In this document: positions 19,841-26,981 of the stretch, piece after piece
Layout of the letters: each line of letters starts with the position of its first letter
How positions within the stretch are numbered: the stretch's first letter is position 1
Source of the DNA: Anaerohalosphaeraceae bacterium
Lineage (GTDB): Bacteria; Planctomycetota; Phycisphaerae; Sedimentisphaerales; Anaerohalosphaeraceae
Direction: 5' to 3'
DNA length: 47,652 nucleotides
Assembly (NCBI GenBank): GCA_050309605.1
Contig: JBNRMN010000030.1
Span: forward strand, 1 to 47,652
Translations under genes and position numbers: made by a program
The notes under the pieces: generated by a model
The model's database searches: none
The model's input: only the letters and a program-made list of their open reading frames with translations
Told to the model about the DNA's origin: nothing

Positions 19841-20962
19841 ATGATGAAAACCGAAGTTGTGACCATCCAATCCCCGGCGGATCGAGAGGCGATCCGACGC
19901 ATCGGGCGGCTGCTGCGGGACGGGGCGATCGTCGCCGTGCCGACCGAAACCGTCTATGGCTTGGCCGCCAAGGCGGAAAAAGAGGTCATCGCTGAGCTTG
20001 ACCGAATGAAAGGACGTCCCGCCGACAAACACTATACCCTGCATATCGGCAGTGCCGAGGCGCTCAACCGCTATGTCCCCCGCCCGCCGCTTCAGGCCCG
20101 AAAGCTGATGCGACACCTGTGGCCGGGGCCGCTGACCATCATCTTTGAACTGGACACAGCTTCTCTTGAAGAAATTCAAAACATGCTGCCGACTCAGACG
20201 TATGAATGGTTGTATCGCGACGGCACATTGGGGGTACGTTATCCGGATCATCCGGTTACTTGCGCCCTGCTGACCGAAGCGCTGGCCCCCATTGTTGCGC
20301 CCAGCGCCAATCCGAGCCGTCAGCGCCCGGCTGTCAGCGCGGACGAGGCGGCCCGCTACTTCGACGGGCAGATTGCTGCGGTCATCGACAGCCCCGGCTC
20401 GTGCCGATATCAGGGGGCCAGCACGGTCGCCAGGACAGGCCGCCGCGGGCTGGAGGTGCTTCGTGAAGGCGCCTTCAGTCGCGACGACATCCTGAAAGCC
20501 GGTACGGTCCATATCCTGTTTATCTGTACGGGAAATACCTGCCGCAGTCCGATGGCTGAGGCCCTGTGCCGTAAATATTTGGCTGACAAATTCAATTGCG
20601 GTCTTGACGCCGTGCGGGAACGAGGCTATAGTATTGAATCCGCCGGTATCGCGGCCTTTGAGGCTATGCCTGCCAGCCGCCACGCGTTGGAAATCAGCCG
20701 AGAAAAACATACGCTGCTGGAATCCCATCGCAGCAGGGGTTTGACCGACGACATGATAGTGCGGGCCGATCTGATTTTTGCAATGACCCCGAGTCATCTG
20801 CAAACGGTTATCGCGGCGGTTCCGGAGGCAAAAGACAAATGTTTTTTGCTGGATCCGTCGTCGGCAATCCCGGATCCGGTCGGACAGGACATGGCGGCCT
20901 ATCGGGCGTGTGCGGGACATATTGAACGGTGTCTATCAGAGAGGATGAACGAATTGTTATGA
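19841..20962 (+). CDS. tsaC: Threonylcarbamoyl-AMP synthase (TsaC/YrdC) fused to a low-molecular-weight phosphatase (YwlE-like)
   Basis: N-terminal PTETVYGL, KGRP, WPGPLT, APSAN and ST..R..LREG; C-terminal CTGNTCRSPMAE and IPDPVG. Confidence 0.88.
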   Translation: MMKTEVVTIQSPADREAIRRIGRLLRDGAIVAVPTETVYGLAAKAEKEVIAELDRMKGRPADKHYTLHIGSAEALNRYVPRPPLQARKLMRHLWPGPLTIIFELDTASLEEIQNMLPTQTYEWLYRDGTLGVRYPDHPVTCALLTEALAPIVAPSANPSRQRPAVSADEAARYFDGQIAAVIDSPGSCRYQGASTVARTGRRGLEVLREGAFSRDDILKAGTVHILFICTGNTCRSPMAEALCRKYLADKFNCGLDAVRERGYSIESAGIAAFEAMPASRHALEISREKHTLLESHRSRGLTDDMIVRADLIFAMTPSHLQTVIAAVPEAKDKCFLLDPSSAIPDPVGQDMAAYRACAGHIERCLSERMNELL

Positions 20963-21450
20963 AAGTAGCGGTCTCAAACGATCACAGGGGGCATAAAGCG
21001 ATTGAGGAAATACGTGCGATCATTTCCCAACTGGGGATGACGTGTGTGGATTTATCGACGCCGAGCGATCAGCCGGCCGATTATCCGGACAGCGCCTACA
21101 TTGCCGCCCGGTCCGTGGCCGACCACCAGGCTGATGCGGCGATTCTGGTCTGCGGCACGGGCATCGGAATGAGCATCGCCGCCAACAAGATCAAAGGCAT
21201 CCGCGCGGCCCTGTGCTACGATGAACTGGCTGCCCGCCTGGCGCGCCAGCACAACGACGCCAATGTCCTGTGTCTGTCGGGCGACCTGATTGGCTCAAAT
21301 ACCCTCCGAAAAATCGTGGAAATCTTTCTGACGACCGACTTTGTCAACGGAAGACACCTTCGCCGCGTTCGTAAGATTCAGGCCATTGAAGAAGGCAAAG
21401 ATCCCAGGGACATTACGGGGCAGAATTCGGAATTCAGAATTGAGAATTGA
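20959..21450 (+). CDS. rpiB: Ribose-5-phosphate isomerase B
   Basis: DH.G, DYPD, CGTGIGMSIAANKIKGIRAA, HNDANVLCL, GRH.RRV; ATGA overlap with the upstream gene. Confidence 0.95.
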   Translation: MKVAVSNDHRGHKAIEEIRAIISQLGMTCVDLSTPSDQPADYPDSAYIAARSVADHQADAAILVCGTGIGMSIAANKIKGIRAALCYDELAARLARQHNDANVLCLSGDLIGSNTLRKIVEIFLTTDFVNGRHLRRVRKIQAIEEGKDPRDITGQNSEFRIEN

Positions 21451-21460
21451 GAATTCACAA
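21421..21460 (+). repeat. Heptamer tandem repeat ((C/G)AGAATT, about 5-6 units) at the convergent rpiB/lepB junction
   Basis: cagaatt-cggaatt-cagaatt-gagaatt-gagaatt-cacaa. Confidence 0.7.
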
Positions 21461-21468
21461 TGCGTCCA

Positions 21469-22986
21469 TCAGTAGTCCTGGTCTGAACTGCCGAAAATGA
21501 CGCGGATGTTGTTGAGATTGGGGACGACCGGCATCATATTCGGGCGCGGACGCCAGGCCTGTGACCAATAGACCAGCACCGCCTTGCCCATCATAAAATC
21601 GCGCGGCACGATACCCTGTCGATAGCGCACGCCGTGATTGCCGTATCCCTCGACCCCCCACAACCGGCTGTCCAGACTGTTGGGCGTATTGTCGCCGCAC
21701 ACAAAAAACTCGTCCTCGTTCAACTCAAACGGCTCGCGCGCCGTCGCACGAATACCGGGATCAATATAATAAATATCGCGATACAGTCCCACATCCCGTA
21801 TATCCAGCCCCCCGCTGCCCAGCAGCCTGACTTGCGGTGCGGTTTCCTGCCGTTGCACGACAGACAGATCTTCATCGCCGGCCAGATCAAACGACATCCG
21901 CTTTTGCCCCCATCGCAATACAAGCCGGCGATCCACATTGGCAAACTCAAATGTCTCGAACACCTCGGATCTGATACCGTCGGTCAGGATGCGCCGCAGC
22001 TCCACCCAGCGTCCATCCTGAAACTTGAAAAATCCCATCGCTCCGTGCAGTTCCACCCTGGCGGCATACAACACGCCGTATTTTTCAAGCACGGCGCCGA
22101 CTGTGCTTTTTCCGTCGCGCCCTTTGACGCGGAACCGGATCATTAAATCGCTGCACATCGGAAGCATCGAAAAGGAACCGCTGTCATTATAGCCGTAAAT
22201 GGCGCGGAAATCATCGGCTCGGCCATTGTCAAAAAGCAAGGTGTGTTCCGTTGAGTCGTATGCATCCAGAACAAACCGGCTCGGCCTGTCAGAATCAAAC
22301 CGCCATACCGAACCGGGGGCATTCGAAAACGGCTGCTTCCAGTGGGTTTGTCGGATGCCGTCGGGCCGTTCGGCCGGCCCCGACCGAGCAGGCGGCTGAT
22401 ACCGCTGAAGATAAATCGGCATCCAAAGTTCCCGCTGTACGTTCAGCGGTTTTCGGACAATCTGGCCGTTGATGTAGATATCGCCCTCAATAATTTGGAC
22501 GCTTTCGCCGGGCAGGCCGATGAGCCGCTTGATATAATTGTCCTTTGGGTTGATGGGATTTTTGAAGACCACCACGTCCCAGCGTCTCGGCTCGAAGAAC
22601 TGATAGATGCACTTGAGCACGAAAATCCGGTCGCCGTTGACCAGCGGCCCGATGGAACCGCTCGGCTGAAGATACCCGCAATTGGGGCACTGCGGCAGAT
22701 CCAGCGACAGCGAATCCGACCCGGTATCAAACGCGTAACCGCACTGAAGGCAGCGCATCCGGTAATGATCGCCGCGCAGCGTCTCGGCCATACTGCCGGT
22801 GGGAATTTGAAATGCCTGAATTCCGAAGGCCTGAAACACCAGCGCCAGGATGAACGCCACCAGCAGCCAATCCAGCAAGGTCACCACCCCCTCAACGGAA
22901 GAATGGTGCCGCCGTTCAAAACCGCGGTCCGATTTTGACGGAGTCTGCTGTTCGTATTGAACGTCCTGCTGCATCGCGTTGTCCAT
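21469..22986 (-). CDS. lepB: Signal peptidase I with Zn-ribbon insertion and large beta-domain insertion (paralog 2)
   Basis: IPTGSM (catalytic Ser), CLQC..CPNC, RWDVVVFK, YIKRLIG (catalytic Lys), GDN.PNSLDSR. Confidence 0.9.
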   Translation of the reverse strand: MDNAMQQDVQYEQQTPSKSDRGFERRHHSSVEGVVTLLDWLLVAFILALVFQAFGIQAFQIPTGSMAETLRGDHYRMRCLQCGYAFDTGSDSLSLDLPQCPNCGYLQPSGSIGPLVNGDRIFVLKCIYQFFEPRRWDVVVFKNPINPKDNYIKRLIGLPGESVQIIEGDIYINGQIVRKPLNVQRELWMPIYLQRYQPPARSGPAERPDGIRQTHWKQPFSNAPGSVWRFDSDRPSRFVLDAYDSTEHTLLFDNGRADDFRAIYGYNDSGSFSMLPMCSDLMIRFRVKGRDGKSTVGAVLEKYGVLYAARVELHGAMGFFKFQDGRWVELRRILTDGIRSEVFETFEFANVDRRLVLRWGQKRMSFDLAGDEDLSVVQRQETAPQVRLLGSGGLDIRDVGLYRDIYYIDPGIRATAREPFELNEDEFFVCGDNTPNSLDSRLWGVEGYGNHGVRYRQGIVPRDFMMGKAVLVYWSQAWRPRPNMMPVVPNLNNIRVIFGSSDQDY

Positions 22987-22996
22987 TGCTGACGGC

Positions 22997-24544
22997 TCAG
23001 TTTCCGCCGTAAATCAATTTCATTCCGTCCGGGCTGGGAATCCATCGCAGCGGCTCTTTGTTGAACCGCCAGCCGCCCGGCCAGTGCACAAACACCGCCT
23101 TGCCGACCAAAAAGTCGCGCGGCACAATGCCGGGGCGGTATTCCCTGCCGTTGTTGCCCCGTCCCGGTTCGTCCCACAGACGGGAGTCAAAACTATACGG
23201 GCTGTTGTCGCCGCAGACAAAATACTCGTCCGGCCCCAGCACCAGCGGATCATTCTCGGTGGCCCGTCGGGCGTTATCCGTCATATAGTAAATATCGCGA
23301 AACAGCCCGATGTGGTCAAGCCGAACCGCTCCGCTTGCGGCCAATTCCACCGCCGGCGGAATATCGCGATGCGTCCCGACCGCCTCCGGCGCTGCGCCGA
23401 GATCATAGGTCAAACGAAACGACCCGTATTCCAATCGCAGCAGATGATCGGCATTGGCAAACCGAAACCGCACCGGCGCAGTCGGCACGAGGGTGTGTCC
23501 CTGCGCCAGCGTCTCTGTGTGGCCGTCTGCCTCGACGCGGACAATCTCCGCCCGACCGTCCGCATAGACCCAGCCCTCATAGGCCGTGCCGTATTTGCTC
23601 AGTCGGACGCCGAATGCTGAATCCGACCCGATTTCGGCATAACACCGTAGCATCAGGTCGCTGCACATCGGCATAAATCGGTATTTGTCCGGGTCATCGT
23701 ACGCATAGGTCGCTCGAAAATCATTGCCCGCCTGGGGGTTGTACCACACCCGATGAACCGCCCGGCCGTTATCGTTCAGCGCAAAAATCGACCGCCTGTC
23801 CGTCTCAAGTTCCCATCGGCTGCCCGGACGATTTTCGAAGGGCTGCCGCCAGGAGCGGCCGTTAAAACCCTGCTCGTCGGGTCGGGCCGGACGAAAATCA
23901 TTGTCATAAATCGGCATCCATAATTCATCCTGCACCTTTGCCGGCTTTCGAGCGATTTGTCCATTGATAAAGACGTTGCCGTCGATGATTTGAACCGTCT
24001 CGCCGGGGCCGGCGATTAACCGCTTGATATAATTGATTTTCGGTTCAAGAGGATTTTTGAAAACCATCACATCCCAGCGTTTCGGCTCGAAAAACTGATA
24101 AATGCATTTGAGGACAAAAATCTGGTCGCCCTTGAATACGGTATGCAATTTGCCCGGCAGCACCCGGTCGCCCTGTTGGACATACACTTTCCCGCCGGAA
24201 ACCCGCACCTTCGGCTCGAAATACCCGCAACTGGGACAACGCGGCGGCGTGGGCAAAAGCGGCAGTTCCTGCCGCGGCGTGACGTTTTCGGGTATCCGAT
24301 AGACATCCTGCCGAAAGTCATAATCGTACCGATAGCCGCATTGGCGACAGCGCAGCCGAAAATGAGCGCCCCGAAGCGTATCGGCCATACTGCCGGTGGG
24401 AATGCGATAGACCTGCATATGAAAAAAGATAAACACCAGCGTACCGGCAAAGGCGGTGATCAGCCATTCGACGGTATGGTAAAACCCATCGGCTTTGGCA
24501 TTGCCGCTGCTTATCTGATGCTGTATGTCCGTTTTTTTGTGCAC
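22997..24544 (-). CDS. lepB: Signal peptidase I with Zn-ribbon insertion (paralog 1)
   Basis: IPTGSM, CRQC..CPSC, RWDVMVFK, YIKRLIA, GDNSPYSFDSR. Confidence 0.9.
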   Translation of the reverse strand: MHKKTDIQHQISSGNAKADGFYHTVEWLITAFAGTLVFIFFHMQVYRIPTGSMADTLRGAHFRLRCRQCGYRYDYDFRQDVYRIPENVTPRQELPLLPTPPRCPSCGYFEPKVRVSGGKVYVQQGDRVLPGKLHTVFKGDQIFVLKCIYQFFEPKRWDVMVFKNPLEPKINYIKRLIAGPGETVQIIDGNVFINGQIARKPAKVQDELWMPIYDNDFRPARPDEQGFNGRSWRQPFENRPGSRWELETDRRSIFALNDNGRAVHRVWYNPQAGNDFRATYAYDDPDKYRFMPMCSDLMLRCYAEIGSDSAFGVRLSKYGTAYEGWVYADGRAEIVRVEADGHTETLAQGHTLVPTAPVRFRFANADHLLRLEYGSFRLTYDLGAAPEAVGTHRDIPPAVELAASGAVRLDHIGLFRDIYYMTDNARRATENDPLVLGPDEYFVCGDNSPYSFDSRLWDEPGRGNNGREYRPGIVPRDFLVGKAVFVHWPGGWRFNKEPLRWIPSPDGMKLIYGGN

Positions 24545-24698
24545 TGTCGCGCTCCGGAAATTATAAAAAGCTGTATTATGTTGTCAACAAAGGCCGAGGT
24601 CAAGCATTACTTTTTCTTTACAAAGAACATCTATTATAGCCAAATATCGTATTGGCGAAAATTTTTATCAATTGCCCCAAAAATCCTCCAAAAAAACC

Positions 24699-24727
24699 TT
24701 GCCGTTTCGAAGTCTTTTGTGTATAGT
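24699..24727 (+). promoter_or_regulatory. Putative promoter of the HU/IHF gene
   Basis: TTGCCG-17 bp-TATAGT. Confidence 0.5.
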
Positions 24728-24821
24728 AAGTTGCGGTTGGAATGATGGCAGGTCAATCACCAATCACGGCTTCTTTACGCATAAACAATCTGGATCTTTC
24801 ATTATTGCACGAGGGTAACCG

Positions 24822-25130
24822 ATGGCAACCATCACAAAGAAAGAGCTTATCGACCGAATTGCCGATTCCACGCAGGCAAAACGGGTCGTCGTCAAACGGA
24901 TTATCCAGTCTTTCCTTGATGAAATTATCACTGAGTTGGCGTCGGATAACCGGCTTGAATTTCGTGATTTCGGCGTCTTTGAAACCCGCAGTCGCAATGC
25001 GCGTGTGGCTCAGAACCCCAAAACGCTCGAACGGGTCAAGGTGCCCTCTAAACGCAGTGTGAAGTTTAAGATGGGCCGGCTGATGAAAGAAAAGCTGGCC
25101 GAAACGTCCACTGTTGCCGAACAGGCGTAG
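24822..25130 (+). CDS. HU/IHF-family DNA-binding protein (IHF beta-like)
   Basis: TKKELIDRIA, RLEFRDFGVFE, ARVAQNPKT, VKFKMG. Confidence 0.95.
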   Translation: MATITKKELIDRIADSTQAKRVVVKRIIQSFLDEIITELASDNRLEFRDFGVFETRSRNARVAQNPKTLERVKVPSKRSVKFKMGRLMKEKLAETSTVAEQA

Positions 25131-25158
25131 CGGCAAGATTGGTCCGCCATCCATCCGG

Positions 25159-25188
25159 TTGACAAAGACAGCAGAGGTGAAATACAAT
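25159..25188 (+). promoter_or_regulatory. Putative promoter of the cold-shock gene
   Basis: TTGACA-18 bp-TACAAT. Confidence 0.55.
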
Positions 25189-25232
25189 TCCTGCCGAGCG
25201 GTTTGAATTGTTTGTGGCGAAGGTGAGTTTAT

Positions 25233-25439
25233 ATGAGCGAAGGTAAAGTTAAGTGGTACGATAAGAAAAAAGGATACGGCTTTATTGCCGAGGAAAACGG
25301 CGGCGACATCTTTGTGCATTACACCAGCTTTTCCGATCCGTCTCTGCGAACGCTCGCTGAGGGTCAGCTTGTCACGTTTGAAGTGGTGCAGGGCGAAAAA
25401 GGGCCCCGAGCACAAAACCTGAGTGTCAAAGCAAACTAA
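25233..25439 (+). CDS. Cold-shock domain protein (CspA family)
   Basis: GKVKWY..KKGYGFI (RNP1), DIFVHY (RNP2), KGPRA.N. Confidence 0.96.
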   Translation: MSEGKVKWYDKKKGYGFIAEENGGDIFVHYTSFSDPSLRTLAEGQLVTFEVVQGEKGPRAQNLSVKAN

Positions 25440-25475
25440 ACGCGGTCGGCCGCATCAGGCCGGAAAACCGTGTCA

Positions 25476-25526
25476 GGCGATGCAGCTCAGCGCAGTGCCG
25501 GACGAGTTTGAATCCGTCGGACGCCA
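25476..25526 (+). other. tRNA-like mini-structure (not a complete tRNA)
   Basis: GGCG/CGCC-A closing stem ending in CCA, a GCAGCTCAG D-arm-like segment and a GTTTGAATC T-loop-like hairpin; no anticodon arm. Confidence 0.3.
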
Positions 25527-25581
25527 AAAATGCTTTCGACGAAAAGGGGGGGGTAGGTGTATTTTTTAGTGCGGAATAGCG

Positions 25582-26217
25582 ATGGAAAGTGCTCAGTTAC
25601 ATAGCGGGCTGGATTGTCGTGTGCTGGTGCTGAACAAGCATTATATGGCGTTGCGGATTATCTGCGCCCGTCGCGCGTTTTCGCTGCTGTGTCGCCAGCA
25701 GGCTGAGGTCGTCGCCTGCGAAGAAGGGACCTACGCAAATTATGATTTTCATATGTGGCAGCAGGTCAGCGAAGCCAAACGCGCCTTTGAGTCGCACAAA
25801 TACGACTGGGTTTCGACGGTGCACCTGGACATCGCCGTGCCGCGAATCATTCGTCTGCTGTTTTACGACCGCCTGCCGCGTCAATCCGTCAAGTTTAACC
25901 GCCGAAATATTTTTGCCCGCGACGGCAGCCGATGTCAGTACTGCGGCAGAAAATTCCCCACCACCGAACTGTCGCTGGATCATATCGTACCGCGCACCCT
26001 GGGCGGAAAAAGCACCTGGACCAACATCGTCTGTGCGTGTACCGCCTGCAATGTTAAAAAAGGCGGACGCACCCCGGATCAGGCCGGAATGAAGCTGATT
26101 CAAAAACCCGAAAAACCCAAACGCAACCCCGTCATCGGTGTGCATCTCAGCGCCGACCGCTACAAAAGCTGGAAACAGTTTCTCGATCACGCCTACTGGT
26201 CGGTGGAACTGACCTGA
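25582..26217 (+). CDS. HNH endonuclease (McrA/HNH_5-like, LVLNxxY family)
   Basis: VLVLNKHY, RRNIFARD..RCQYCG, LDHIVPR..GG..W.NIVCAC..CN..KGGRTP. Confidence 0.92.
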   Translation: MESAQLHSGLDCRVLVLNKHYMALRIICARRAFSLLCRQQAEVVACEEGTYANYDFHMWQQVSEAKRAFESHKYDWVSTVHLDIAVPRIIRLLFYDRLPRQSVKFNRRNIFARDGSRCQYCGRKFPTTELSLDHIVPRTLGGKSTWTNIVCACTACNVKKGGRTPDQAGMKLIQKPEKPKRNPVIGVHLSADRYKSWKQFLDHAYWSVELT

Positions 26218-26330
26218 TTGCCGATCACATCATCACACCAAAAACGGTCGCGTATTCACACGACGGTGTCCACTCATTTCGGTTGTCCATTCGACCGGTG
26301 AATGCGATCGTGAAGACGTTAATGCAATGC

Positions 26331-26981
26331 TTACGGCTCCGAGGTCGTCAGTCCTTCCTGTATGGCGTACTTGGTAAGCTGAGCGATATTGTCGATGCCC
26401 AGCTTGTTCATCAGGTTCAGACGATGCGCCTCAACGGTTTTGGGACTGATGTGAAGCTGCATCGCCGTCTGTTTGGTGGTCTTGCCTTCGGCGAACAATT
26501 GCAGGACTTCACGTTCGCGCCGACTCAAAACGGAAAACGCCGACGGCCTTTCTTCAGGTTGACGGATAAAGTCCTGCACCACCGCATCGCCGATGGACGG
26601 GCTGATGTAGGTCTGGCCGTCCATCACGACGCGAACGGCTTTGCTGAGTTCTTCAAAAGGACAATTCTTCAGCAGATAGCCCGACGCCCCGGCCCGAAAC
26701 ATCTCCCGCACATATTTGTTATTGGCGTGCATCGACAAACCGATGACCTTGACGGCGGGAAAGTCCTTTTGAATCAAGCGGGTCGCTTCGATGCCGTTCA
26801 GTTCCGGCATCCCGATGTCCATTACCACAACATCCGGCGACAATTCGGCCACCTGCATCAACGCGGCGCGCCCGTCGCCGACCTGTCCGACCACGGCCAT
26901 GTCGGGTTCCGCATCAAACGCCCGACTCAGCCCGTCGCGCAGGATGGCATGATCATCGGCCAATAGAATTTTTATCGGCAT
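26331..26981 (-). CDS. NarL/LuxR-family response regulator
   Basis: LADDH, PDVVVMDI.MP.LNG, GYLLK and LS.RE.EVL...ISPKTVE.HR..LM.KL. Confidence 0.95.
   Translation of the reverse strand: MPIKILLADDHAILRDGLSRAFDAEPDMAVVGQVGDGRAALMQVAELSPDVVVMDIGMPELNGIEATRLIQKDFPAVKVIGLSMHANNKYVREMFRAGASGYLLKNCPFEELSKAVRVVMDGQTYISPSIGDAVVQDFIRQPEERPSAFSVLSRREREVLQLFAEGKTTKQTAMQLHISPKTVEAHRLNLMNKLGIDNIAQLTKYAIQEGLTTSEP

Noticed and set aside
25476..25526. Functional tRNA gene
   Set aside because: Only 51 nt long, with a 4-bp acceptor-like stem and no anticodon arm; kept only as a tRNA-like candidate.
25582..26217. IscB/Cas9-like RNA-guided nuclease
   Set aside because: At 211 aa it has only an HNH domain, with no RuvC motifs, PLMP N-terminus or IS ends.
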